64,000 bases of DNA from Octopus vulgaris (Eukaryota): the NCBI GenBank assembly GCA_951406725.2, contig OX597823.1, forward strand, positions 77,624,001-77,688,000. Reading direction: 5' to 3'. The notes under the pieces were generated by a model. The model was not told the DNA's origin. It did not search any database and worked only from the letters and a program-made list of their open reading frames with translations. How positions within the stretch are numbered: position 1 is the stretch's first letter; each line of letters opens with the position of its first letter. The position numbers and the translations under genes were made by a program. This document shows, piece by piece, positions 1 to 12,122 of this stretch.

Positions 1-23
1 CAGACACATACATATAGATACAT

Positions 24-57
<34 letters not shown>

Positions 58-225
58 ATATACAACAGGCTTCTTCCAGTTTCCATCTACCAAATCCACT
101 CACAAGGCTTTGGTTAGCCTGAGGCTATAGTAGAAGACACTTGCCCAAGATGCCACGCAGTGGGGCTGAACCTAGAACCATGTGGTTAAGAAGCAAGCTT
201 CTTACCACACAGCCACTCCTGCACC
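1..225 (-). mobile_element. SINE family A (tRNA-derived head, internal TA/TG microsatellite), 5' half
   Basis: Reverse complement matches the head of 40740-41150. Confidence 0.9.
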
Positions 226-242
226 TAGAGTATGTCTTTTAG

Positions 243-694
243 CTTTCTTTTTAACTTGTTTCAGTCATTTTACAACAGTCATGCAGGAGCGCCACCTTTG
301 AATACTTGGTTGAACAAATCTACCCTAGTTTTTGATTTTTTAAAGTCTAGGTCTATTTTTACTTTCATCAACCTCCTAAGTTACAGGGACATAAACAGAC
401 CAACAGTTGCCAAGTGGTGTTAGGGAACAAACACAAAGATATATTCACACACACAGAAACACATAAACACACACAAACACACACAAACATACACAAGCAT
501 ACACAAAATCACATACACCACACACACACAAACACACATGACAGGCTTCTTTTTGTTTCCTAATCCACTCACATGGTTTTTATCAGCTCATGGCTATAGC
601 AGAACACACATGCATAAGGTGCCACACAGTGAGACTGAACCAATACCCATGTGGTTGAGAAGTAGACTTCTTACCACAGAGCCACACCTGTGCC
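243..694 (-). mobile_element. SINE family A, diverged full-length copy
   Basis: Tail acttgtttcagtcattt through head cttaccacagagccacacctgtgcc. Confidence 0.8.
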
Positions 695-799
695 TATAAA
701 TATACATATATTATTATTTTGCTTAAATATTTCTTAAAAGGGTCTAAAATTTCCTGTTTTAGGTAAATATATACAACACCATTTTACTCTTGCATAGGT

Positions 800-1203
800 T
801 GAACAAGTTCTCTCCAACACAACATCCGGCCACTTATTGCAATCCTTTGGCATCTTTTCTGTGAATTTCCTGAGATCATCCTCCATCAGTTCTGCTTATG
901 AATTTCTCAATCTTCCATTTCCATTTGATCCCTTCCACATGTATCTCCTGCAGTTTCTTCCACCTACATGTTATTATCATCCAATTGTATTACATGTCCA
1001 TATCAGTCAGCTTTCACTCTTGCACACTACATTTGATTTCCTCTTACACCCAGTTTTTTTCTTCCTCTCAGCTCACCTATGCCTCAGCATTCATGCACCA
1101 GAATATTACATATCTTGCATTTTATGCTGGCTTCTTTTCTTTTGACCTTCACACATCCTCTGCATTAAGTGCTCACATATCACAACCATGAAGCAATGTA
1201 CTG
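800..1203 (-). mobile_element. Decayed RTE-clade LINE ORF C-terminal fragment
   Basis: Similar to 16150-16585 (cttgcacactacat, acatgtccata = YGHV motif, catcctctgca). Confidence 0.6.
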
Positions 1204-1660
1204 AAAAGATATCAGAAACAAACAAAAATAAGAAAGCATAAGAGTAAACAGTATAGAGGATTAGTTTAATGCTATAGAAAAGATATAAAAAAAAAGTAAG
1301 AAGTGTTTGATATTTCGGACAGTTGCTCTTCATCAAGGAGTTTCCTTTTTTTTCCTATTTTCTTCTCTGATTTTTCTTGATAACAGACAAATGCCTAGAA
1401 TCTTTTAATAATTCTTTTTATTTATTTATTATTATTGTTATTATTATTTTTTTTGCTTGAGTGTTAAGCTAACATTATCCTCTGTTTATTCCTGGGTTTT
1501 TGTTAATGTTTTTTGTTTTTGTTTTGTCCATATCTTTTTTTTTTACGACACTAATACAAGCTTCTAGAGACTTGGATTAACCTCAATTTAGATTACACTG
1601 GATCACTGATTATTTGTCTTTGAAGAGTATTTTGTTGGTTATGGCTCAAATCATACTGCT
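1200..1660. mobile_element. Degenerate Penelope-type terminal repeat remnants, partly as an inverted pair
   Basis: 1200-1280 and 1450-1545 are roughly reverse-complementary; the minus strand at 1304-1340 reads ttgatgaagagcaactgtccgaaatatc (hammerhead-like). Confidence 0.4.
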
Positions 1661-1729
1661 AGGAAGATTTAAAGTAAAGTAAATGAATAAAAGGATTGTG
1701 TAAATATAAACATATAACTTTCAAAGTAC

Positions 1730-1732
1730 TAG

Positions 1733-1769
<37 letters not shown>

Positions 1770-1892
1770 GGTAGTGGTGGTAGTGGTGGTAGTGGTGGTG
1801 ATGGTGCTGGTGCTGCTGCTACTGTTGTTATTAATGTTGCTACTGTTACTTTTAATGGTGTTGTTGCTGATGATAACTATGTTATTGCTGTG
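1730..1892. repeat. Compound (GTT)n/(GGT)n/(GCT)n microsatellite
   Basis: Direct reading. Confidence 0.95.
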
Positions 1893-2224
1893 AATGTTCA
1901 GTCCTATGCTAGCCCTACTGACCAGATCTATGGTCAAAATCATTCCAGTCGTGACCATCCTGTCGTTTTATAAGTATGAAACAGAGGTGGCTTGCTAACT
2001 TTTATGCTTTAAACTGTTTCTTTGATTCTATATTTTATATTGAGCTCTGGAATATTCTAATCGCTCTCTCAGATAATTCCATAAATGCTAAGTACCTATA
2101 TATTACTCTCTCTCTCTCTCTTACTTTCTCTCTCTTTCTCTATCTATCTATCCCTCTTTTCCTCTCGCTGTGTGTCTCTCTCTTTCTCTCTTTATCAGTT
2201 ATCCATAGAAACAGGCGTGTCCTT

Positions 2225-2466
2225 TGCAGGTGCTGGTGCCATGTAAAATGCATTTATGCCAGTGCCACATAAATGAACCCATGCTGTTGGCATGTAACAA
2301 GGGTCCAGTGTAAACTCTATAAAGTGTTTGGCATTAGGAAAGGGATCAAGTAGAAACCATGCCAAAACAGAAAACTGGAGTCTGGACAGATCCCCACCTG
2401 GCCAACTCCTATCAAATCGTCCAACCCATGCTAGCATGAAACACAGATATTAAGTAACGATGATGA
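2225..2466 (+). mobile_element. RTE LINE 3'UTR-derived fragment with (GAT)n tail
   Basis: ggcattaggaaggg...ccaacccatgctagcatg...gatgat; the same block is contiguous with RTE ORF at 15890-16585. Confidence 0.75.
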
Positions 2467-2468
2467 TT

Positions 2469-2502
<34 letters not shown>

Positions 2503-2526
2503 TGTATGTATGTATGTATGTATGTA

Positions 2527-2576
<50 letters not shown>

Positions 2577-2765
2577 CAAGATGTCCTAAATTATCTTTAC
2601 AGCTTCCACAATTTATAATCTCTATTGAAGTTGGGATCCCTAGATGTGTTGCATGCAATAAATGGGGCCCATGTGGAAATCTTCTAATAAACTCTGCTGG
2701 GTTATTCTTATTATTTATTTTTTTCTGAATTTTTCAAGTTTTAAAGGTAATTTAGGGACACTCTG
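2577..2765. mobile_element. Tc1/mariner-type MITE
   Basis: Imperfect TIRs caagatgtcctaaattatcttta / taaaggtaatttagggacactctg, flanked by TA on both sides. Confidence 0.75.
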
Positions 2766-2815
2766 TATATATATTTGTTTGCATATATACACATGTGTAT
2801 GTGCATATGTATTCA

Positions 2816-2862
<47 letters not shown>

Positions 2863-3212
2863 GCATGCATGCATGTGTGTGTGTAGTCATATATGTATAT
2901 ATATATATATGTATATTAAAAGGAATGCAAAAAATGGGACAAGAACGCATAACATCCTGACAGATGATAAAAATGGGACAAAAAAAAACAAAACAAGGAG
3001 GGTTATTCTGAGTTTTCTTTCCTTAGTTGAGTTCCAGATTTTCTTTGCAATTTTGGCTGGTTATATTCAAGATTGCTCCAGTCTGGCCAGCCCCAAGGAA
3101 AACTAAGCTAAGAGCACTAGATTCCTTGGAAGAATATATATACATGTATATGCATGTGTGTGTATTCATATATGTATAAATATTTGTATGTTTATATACA
3201 CGTATGTGTGTA

Positions 3213-3244
<32 letters not shown>

Positions 3245-3246
<2 letters not shown>

Positions 3247-3606
3247 CACCATTCAAGTGTGATTGTTACCAGCGTCACCTTACTGGCACTTGTGCTGGTG
3301 GCTCGTGAAAAAACATTCAAGCGAGGTTGTTGCCAGTGTTGCTGGACTGACTCCTGTGCAGGCGGCATGTAAAAAACACCATTTGAGTCTGGCCGTTGCC
3401 AGTGCCACCTGACTGGCCCTCATGCCGGTGGCACGTAAAAGCACCCACTATACTCTTGGAGTGGTTGGCATTAGGAAGGGCATCCAGCTGTAGAAACTCC
3501 AGCAGATCAGACTAGAACCTGGTGCAACCATTTGGTTCACCAGTCTTCAGTCAAATCTTCCAACCCATGCTGGCATGGAAAGCGGACGTTAAACGATGAT
3601 GATGAT
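3245..3606 (+). mobile_element. RTE LINE 3'UTR fragment
   Basis: ggcacgtaaaagcacc subrepeats, tggttggcattaggaagggcatccagc, terminal gcatggaaagcggacgttaaacgatgatgat. Confidence 0.85.
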
Positions 3607-4189
3607 TATATATATATATATTTGTATGTATGTATGTATAACTTAGTTTTGATGGATAAAGTATAGAAGTGTAGTACAAGATGGCTTCTGTTAGCTTGTT
3701 GTGGCTGTTGGAATTCATTAGGAGCAAACCATCTGATAAACTTTCATTCTAGTGTGTGAATTGATGTTATAGATCTCTCTCTCAGCGGGCATATGTATAT
3801 GTGTGATTTGTATTTTCCTGTGTCAGATGAGAAAGACAATGACAAAGGAAGAGAAAGTGAGAGCTGGGGTAGAAATAACGAATTTAAGAAAGAAGACATG
3901 ACACGACTCTACTGAAGTTTTGTTGAGGCCTCTAGATATGAAAACAGTTCAGACTTATTATTAAGACGTCTGTGCAAGTTCAAACATTTTGCAGTCATGA
4001 TTTGTTTTCTTTGCATGATTAGTTGGTCATTGTTTTTGTGTTGTAGTATACAGTAGAATCGTGAGATCTGGTATATAGCTTATATCATACTATAGTGTGA
4101 TGTACTATAATCTGATATAGTATGGGAAATTAGATGGAGGTTTTCTAAAGTGTTTTAGAAAGTAGTATTATGAATTGTTGTCATTGTTG

Positions 4190-4790
4190 CTGTTTAATCC
4201 AAATCAGTCCCAGTCAATTAAATTGACTATTGTCAAAGGCATGTCATTTATTGTCACCTTGTTTTTACTTTTGTGGTTAGATTTAGAGTAGTATGTCTAA
4301 TGGAAGCACTCCGTCGGTTACGACGACGAGGGTTCCGGTTGATCCGATCAACGGAACAGCCTGCTCGTGAAATTAACGTGTAAGTGGCTGAGCACTCCAC
4401 AGACACGTGTACCCTTAACGTAGTTCTCGGGGATATTCAGCGTGACACAGAGAGTGACAAGGCCGGCCCTTTGAAATACGGGTACAACAGAAACAGGAAG
4501 TAAGAGTGAGAGAAAGTTGTGGTGAAAGAGTACAGCAGGGATCACCACCATCCCTGCCGGAGCATCGTGGAGCTTTAGGTGTTTTCACTCAATAAACACT
4601 CACAACGCCCGGTCTGGGAATCGAAACCGAGATCCTACAACCACGAGACCGCTGCCCTAACCAATGGGCCTTTGCGCCTCCACAGTGTGTCTAATACTAC
4701 ATTATTGAGTATTTCTTTTTTAAGGTGGTCGTAATTTGAAAAATATTTAACTGCTATTTCTAACATCTTGAGCAATCAGAAAGAGGCTCA
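4190..4790 (+). mobile_element. Old dispersed repeat family E, split by the family C SINE
   Basis: Motifs tcaaaggcat, ctacattat and gctatttctaac recur near 1895, 5000, 6545, 12600, 25720, 55000 (-), 59990 and 61490. Confidence 0.6.
4301..4683 (-). mobile_element. SINE family C, full-length, CpG-rich (young); tRNA-derived head
   Basis: Minus strand shows A-box-like aggcccattggttagg and B-box ggtttcgattccc; 11-bp TSD agtatgtctaa (4290-4300) / agtgtgtctaa (4684-4694). Confidence 0.9.
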
Positions 4791-7384
4791 CATCTCATCT
4801 ACCATATAATGTGGAAAATGGTTTACTGTGTATCACATACTTGGGGTCGATGTAATTGACTTACCCACTCAATCAAACTTACTGGTCTTGTGCCACAATT
4901 TGAAATTGGTAGTTATATTTATAATACATTAAGTGACAGAATAAAAATTGAACACCTTCAGATATTTTCCCATACAGAGTCCTAGAAATTTAAAGGGAAC
5001 ATTGGTCTGGAACTATATTAATCTAGCTAAACACCTTTCTTCTATTTCAAAGAGATTAAGGTAAGATATGAGGAATGTTTAGTTGCTATTTCTAGCAAGT
5101 AGAAAGAGCCTATAAAGGCTCATCCTTTGGCTCACAAATGAAATTGTTGTGTAGTGAAATGACGCATTATGTATGCAGAGTATATTATAGTGTAGTATTG
5201 TGTTGTGGTGAGGTAGTATTATTGGTAGGGATTCAATTAAGTTAAGTGTATCAGCTCAAAGATGACAGAGACTTTGTGCGTTAATATATCAGGTTTAATA
5301 TTACTGGAAAATTTCTCATTTCCTTCTTCAAAGATATGATTGATCTCAAGATCTATAGATTGATTATATCTTTAATTTTTCCAATTCCACGCTGCTGCCT
5401 TAGTGTTAAATTATTGTTCGATCACACTTGCTTAATTCTTCCAATTATTACAAATTGACTTATTGCAAGAGAGCCAGATTCAGAGAATTGAGGATCAGAG
5501 TTTGAGTCCTATCATGTGTGTGTCCTCTGATAATGGATATTGATTAAATAGGGGGCAAATTTTGTGTGTCTATTTATTTGTGATTTTACTTGATAGATAT
5601 TTTAATCAGTAGTGTATGTAGCTAGAGTATGCACCACCTGAAGCAGACCCTGATTTTATCCCACCCACCTCACTGCCACTGGGACCCCAAGCATATACAG
5701 GCTTATACAGCTGACCTGAAAATAACACCCCTATAAAAAAATTACCTAGAACAGACAGCTTCCATAGCAATGCTAGAGATTCTAATACAATTAGAGGGAT
5801 GAGAATTTAAGATTTGAATTAAGTAAATCTAAGGATTAGACATAATGTTGTAAGACATTTAGATTGGTATTCTACAGTGTTTTCCGGTTTGTTGTTTTGG
5901 GTGTTAATAAAAGTATTATATGCTCATGTACCCCTGAGAGAGAGAGAGCTATCAACATGATATAATATAACTGCAAGAAGATACTAAATAACAAGAGTGC
6001 TAGGAAATATATTACCGAGAAGGCTGTAGCTATGAATCTTTCCTGCAAATTGCCAAAAGAAAGGAAAACAAAGACAAAATTATTGAGGTGGTTTATGTTT
6101 GCAAAATGATACTATTGCACTCTAACTCTTGGGATTATGGCCATGGACAAACTCTCAGGAAAAGAGGAATAGGCAAATCACAAAGAATAGTATCGGTGAA
6201 GAGAGAGAAAGGAAGATTGTAGAAAATATGAGGTTGGCAGATGACCAAGGAAAGATAGAGTGAAGGGGTTATGTCTCTTATCTTTAGGCTCTATGGGTTA
6301 CAGATTTTGATTGATTGCAATTACTCTTGATACCCCTGGTTCTTCAATAACAAATGCTTTAATCATATCTAATAGAAATCCAACTGTAATTATATAAGTG
6401 TATAATTATAAATCTGTTAGATTATCTTTTGCAGCAAAAGTAAATAAGATCATTGTTTAATATTTTATTATTACGATCAGATGTAAGTAGTTTGCTTATA
6501 GGGTTTTTGTGAGACATTCATGAATTAGTTATCTTTTATTGATATGGCCCAGGTTTATATCAGGCCTGATTGCATAGATGTATTATCAAAAACATTCCAG
6601 CAATGACAATTTGTCTTATTTACAGACATAGTATATCCAAAACTACATTATCCGATGTCCTTCCTTTAGCTCTTATTATGTGGAAACCAATTTACTTAGC
6701 CCCCATGCATGTACATTTGAGACAAAGGAACCAAGTTAACATGTTTTTCAGGCAGAGTTCTTCCCACGATTCTTGGAATTACTCACACTTTTATATGCCA
6801 TTAAATATGGCATACAGTATTATTTCGAGAAATAACCATTATCTAAAAGGCAATAGTGTTTCTTCTTGAAGTTGTACATGTTTTGGTGGGTGACTCAGTC
6901 TGAGACGACCATTTGAAATGGAAACAATAACATCATTCTAAAATCCTAGTTGTCATTTAAAATACACATCAACTGTTACCATGGCAATAACATCATTGTA
7001 ATCATCATTTAAATCACACATCAACTGTTTTAATCGCTAGCATTTTATTTTGTCGTAATATTGTTTGCAATGAAATTTCCCACTCATGTCAGTTGCAGAT
7101 GTTTTGACAATATTTTTTTGGCACCATATAGTATATGAGACCAAGCTGAAATGAAACAAAAATTAATATAATGGTACATGTGTGCTTAAAATATTTATTA
7201 TTACTCCTCCAAAATATTCCTCCAGGATTCAGGTAACATATATAATTAAAACAATTTTTAAAATCTATATTCTACATTTAATTTCTATGTTAGTCAAGAA
7301 TGGCTACAATCAGTATTTTCTGTTTGGAGACAGTATAACCAAACCTGAATAGTTTCTGGTTCTTAAGCAAGAACTTGTAATTTA

Positions 7385-7610
7385 ACTCTTCAGTTACCAG
7401 ATTTCTGATGAACTATACTAACTTTGTTTAAAATAACTTTGAAGAAAATGAAGAATTTTGTAGAATATCGTTGTCGTTATTAAACTGATGTTTGAAATAT
7501 AAATTAGCACGAAAATCTGATGGAAAATTCCAATTTAGATCACTTTAAGAGAGGAAGAAGTTTGTGTCATAGACCCAAGGGTGGGATCAGGTGGAACAGC
7601 ATCAAATGGA
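7385..7610. mobile_element. Degenerate piggyBac-type MITE related to 9414-9631
   Basis: TTAA flanks and similar internal sequence (gaattttgtagaata, ataaatt, atggaaaatt). Confidence 0.5.
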
Positions 7611-7644
7611 TTAATAATTAAATTCATGTTGAAGCAGAGTTAAT

Positions 7645-7684
<40 letters not shown>

Positions 7685-7950
7685 GTGTGCCTTCCTTCCA
7701 GCAGTCTTTCACAAAACTGAAAAATATGTAAGAAAGATTAGGATTTGTTATTTGCATACCTTTGCAGTTTAGCAAAAGGAACCCATAGAATAAGTACCAG
7801 GCTTTAAAATATAAGTGTTGGGGGTCAATTTGTTCGGTTAACATTCTTCAAGGTGGTGCCCTAGCATGGGCACAGTCTAATGACTAAAGAAAAGTATCAG
7901 ATAAAAGATATGTATATGATTAGATACATGTATATATATAATTAAGTATA

Positions 7951-7989
<39 letters not shown>

Positions 7990-8489
7990 CATATATATAT
8001 ATCTAATGTAGGATAAAATTTTTTCGAAAAAAAATTTTATGAATGGCCAGCATATTAAAAAATACCTTTAAAGGTTAAATTATAAACAACTTATAAATAA
8101 GGGCAAACAAAAAAAATTCTAATGCCAAATATGCTGAAAATTGGACATAATGTCCATTTACCATATAATTTTTTTCCAGTATGCACACTACTCGAAAAAG
8201 GTCGACAGAAATCTCTAAAACATTCCATTATTACTATATCTTCAGTGATACATGTGGCAAAGAAGTAAATGAGATACTTACTCACACCCATATATATATG
8301 TATATATATATATAATTATATATATATATTACACACATACATAAACGCATATATTGATGGGTAATATGTTCCTGATTATGGCATACATCTATCTAGAGTT
8401 ACCATTGGTTATGTATCTTCTACTGAAATTTTTAATGACTTATTGACAACTGACTGATGTAATTTATGTATGTATGTATGTGTGTATGT

Positions 8490-8600
8490 CATTGTTCGGT
8501 TTTATTTCAAGATTTCTTGCCAATAGAGAAAGAACCAGTTTCCAACTTAGATCCAAGGCTCCTTCATTGGAATTTCAAAATCAACAACAGGATATTTTTG
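8490..8600 (-). mobile_element. Short Penelope-type repeat; second copy at 39025-39145 (+)
   Basis: Shared ttggcaagaaatcttgaaataaaa; embedded in (TATG)n; hammerhead-like core. Confidence 0.5.
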
Positions 8601-8699
8601 TATGCATGTATGTATATGTGTGGATGTATGTATATCTGTATGTTGTGCTTATTGTATGTATTCTCATGTATATACTTGCATATCTAGACATGCTCATAT

Positions 8700-9130
8700 A
8701 TGTTTAAATGATAAACTTCTGGAAAGTTTTACAGACTTTTATTGTTCTAGTGATGGATTGGATCTGTAGTCTTCAAATTAGCTTTCTCCTTTCTGGTTTT
8801 GAGAAGCTTAATTTCTCAAGATTGGTAGTTAGGTAGTGTGTTACATATCCCAGGGCCCCAATAATCACAGGTATAAACCTGAACATGTAATCTGGATAGA
8901 GTAACTGCAAAGTTCTCAATAGTTCAGCATAGGTGCTCCCTTTTTCCCTAATCTTCAGCTTTGTCAAAATCTTCTGGGCAGCTAATTTCCACAACTGCTT
9001 ACAGTTTCTCTTCTCTTTCCCAAATCATTACATCAGGTTTGTTGTGCTTACATTTTATTGAGGTCTTCTCCAGGACATTCCACCAGTAATCCATTTTATT
9101 TTGAGTGGCTATGGCTTCTACCACGTATGT
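8700..9130 (-). mobile_element. R4/Dong-like non-LTR retrotransposon fragment (restriction-like endonuclease C-terminus), frameshifted
   Basis: Translates KHNKPDV / IWEREEKL*AVVEISCP / EKGSTYAELLRTLQLLYPDYMFRFIPVIIGALG, i.e. PD...E...K..Y..L...P.IIGALG. Confidence 0.8.
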
Positions 9131-9413
9131 ATATCTGTCTGTCTGTCTGTCTGTATGCATGTGTGTATACCTGTGTGTGTATCTGTTTCTTTGTGTCCGT
9201 ACTTATCCCTTACTACCAATTGCCAACTGGTGTTGGTTTGTTTAAATTCTGTAACTTAGCAGATTGGTAAAAAGAGACTAATAGAATAAGCACCAGGCTT
9301 AAAAAGAAAATAAGGACAAGGGTCAACTAGTTCAACTAAAATTCCTCAAAGTCTTGCTCCAGCATGGCTGCAATCTAATGACACATTCAGGTGAAAGATA
9401 AAAGTTACCTTAA

Positions 9414-9631
9414 CCCTTTCGTTACTGTATTTATTTTGAGATGCTCTGTGTTTCTTTCAAATATTTTAAATATAAGAATTTAGTAAAATAACCTACTTAT
9501 CATTCAGCTAATGTTAGGAACATAAATTGTGACTAAGGTTTGGTGGAAGATTTTTAATTCAAAACTTATGGAAAGAAGACATTTGTATTACAGAGCCAGA
9601 GCTGGTTTCAGCCGGGTTGGTAATGAAAGGG
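9414..9631. mobile_element. piggyBac-type MITE (218 bp)
   Basis: TTAA at 9410-9413 and 9632-9635; TIR ccctttcgttac / gtaatgaaaggg; partial copy at about 62692-62795. Confidence 0.85.
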
Positions 9632-10469
9632 TTAAGCATATATCACAAGCAAGCAGGAAATGCTTCTGATCTCCAGTTTGTTTGTGATCACCTTCAACTA
9701 ATACCCATGACTGGCCACTGTTATTTGTTCCACTGGCTCCAACCTAAAATCTACAGTTTGTTGTTTGTTGTACAATCTAACATAATGCCACATCACTGGT
9801 TACAATTGTTTGTTTCACTGGCTACAATCTAGAATGTACAATAACTTGTTGTGCCATGTAACCTAATACCACAATATCAGTACAAAGCACTGATTCTTAT
9901 GGATATTTGTAAATCTCCCAAAGGATTAAATTTAGTAATATTCTGTACTCCAGAAACATTGGCTTCCTAACTAACTGATCAGCAACAAGCCGTGTCTGCA
10001 TGCAGCTTGAACAGATAGCTCTCCATGCATGAGCTAACAAGCACCTACTATTTAATTTATGCCAGAACATTGCACAGATGTGCTATGTCGAATGAAACAG
10101 ATTGTTTTGACATACAATACTAAAACTAAGAAATGCTAGAAATAAACTGGAGACTGAAAATATCAGTTGTGAACTTAGATGGTTTTTATGCATGCTCAGA
10201 CACACACACACATACACATTCCATACATGCATACACACACACACACACACATACACACACACACGTACATATGGACACACTGCTTTCTATGCAGACATAT
10301 AGGCACATAAAAATAAATGCATGCTTTTATGAACAGATTATAACTGCATATATTCATTCACATTCACATAATCCCATTTCGTGTGTGTGTATGGGCATGT
10401 GTGTGTGTGTGCACGTGAATGTATGTATGCATGTATCTCTGCCTGAGTGTGTTTTTAGTTGTAAACCTA

Positions 10470-10508
<39 letters not shown>

Positions 10509-10704
10509 CTACAAGTATGCATTTTTATATATGTATGATTCTCTCTCATTCTCTCTCCATATATGCGTGTGCTTGAGCATATATAAATATACATGCAAGC
10601 ATATATATGTATATATATATACATATACATATGTATATATATACATATACATATGTATATATATATATACATATACATATGTATATATATATACATATAT
10701 ATAC

Positions 10705-10745
<41 letters not shown>

Positions 10746-11899
10746 CACATACACACACACATATTTTATTTTCTACTTTTTACTGTTCTACTAAAGAACA
10801 TTTTAAGATTAGATCCAGACCAGTAAATCTGCTTTTCCTTGTTTCAAAGATTTTTGGTCAAAATGCTGATTTTTCTCTTCCTTTCTTTTTAATTTTCTTT
10901 TTCTCTCTTTATACTGTATGATTTTCTTCAATCATCATCATCATCTTCATCATTGATGTCATTATGTAGACATCATCTTCATCAATACTGCTGACATAAT
11001 TTTCTATTTCTTGTTGTTTTCTTTTTATTTTTTACTTTCATTTATTTTTCTTTTTTAATCATTATAGTTTTAGTACGATGTTGACAAAAATATGAGAATA
11101 GAAGTTCAATCTGATTACTTGTGAGTTAGAATCTGTTTATCACTGATGACAGCTGTCTAAATTCACTTATAGATATGACATATTTCCAAGAAGATAATAA
11201 AGAAGGAAAATATAATATCAACACATTGGTTGCTAACATATATGGTATCTGAATTCCTTTATTCCTGTTGAATCTTGGAATAAACATTTGGATGAAACAT
11301 CAGATCACGCACGCACATCGAAATATGCAATCACAAAAGCTAAGAATGCACTTAGCCAAAGAGAATCACATGAACATTTCATAGCTTAGCTTCTAACTAG
11401 CACATCTCTCCCAATTTCTGTACTTAGTCTTTTCCCAATAGTCACTACGATTGATAAAATACTTTGCTTCTTCTGCCAAAGTAAATATTTCTTGTCTTCC
11501 ATTTTATTTCTAACCCCGTTCCTGCATTTGCTGTTTGTTACATGTTGTTATTTATTCCCTAACTATATTAAAATCCTGCAGGTATTTTAGCAAGGTAAGA
11601 TGATGGGAAAAGATTTCAGAGTGTATTTACATTTCATCCTGTATATTCCTTTCAATATTGCATACATTTGTAGCAGAACATCAGAGCATTAGGGTTGTCT
11701 TCCTACTACTTAAGATATGTTGGTTCTGTTATGTTATATTCATGCAACAGATGCAAAGATTGAAATCAGGGAAAGTGGCTTAACAAAAGTTCGAAGCAAT
11801 ATAGAAGAAACTGACCAAGTTTGGGACAGCCAGCAAAACAGTAACAAGTTCTCATACACCAAAGAATACACATATACACATACACACACAAACACACAC

Positions 11900-11931
<32 letters not shown>

Positions 11932-11935
<4 letters not shown>

Positions 11936-12122
11936 AGAGTTTACGAAAAAAACAACCGACGAAGACAGGTGGTGTACAAAACAAACAGATGTATTAGTAT
12001 AATGCGCAGGAATAGAAAAAGTCTTTTAAGTTTCGAGCCTACGCTCTTCTACAGAAAGAGGCACAGAAAAAAATCAAGGAGAGAAACAAGGAGGGAAAAA
12101 CAATGTGTGTAGTGGCTACCGA
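11932..12122 (-). mobile_element. Short Penelope-type terminal repeat with hammerhead-like motif, abutting (TA)n; second copy at 43828-43970 (+)
   Basis: Near-identical gggagagtttacgaaaaaaac...gtattagtataa in both copies; the motif at 12022-12059 is described under findings. Confidence 0.6.

Noticed and set aside
11582-11594. 13-nt microexon (ctaac...ctgcAG|gtattttagcaag|GTAAGA)
   Set aside because: Poor pyrimidine tract and frame-shifting length; such matches are expected by chance.
11717-12112. 131-aa ORF
   Set aside because: Runs through a microsatellite and a dispersed repeat; splice signals are weak.
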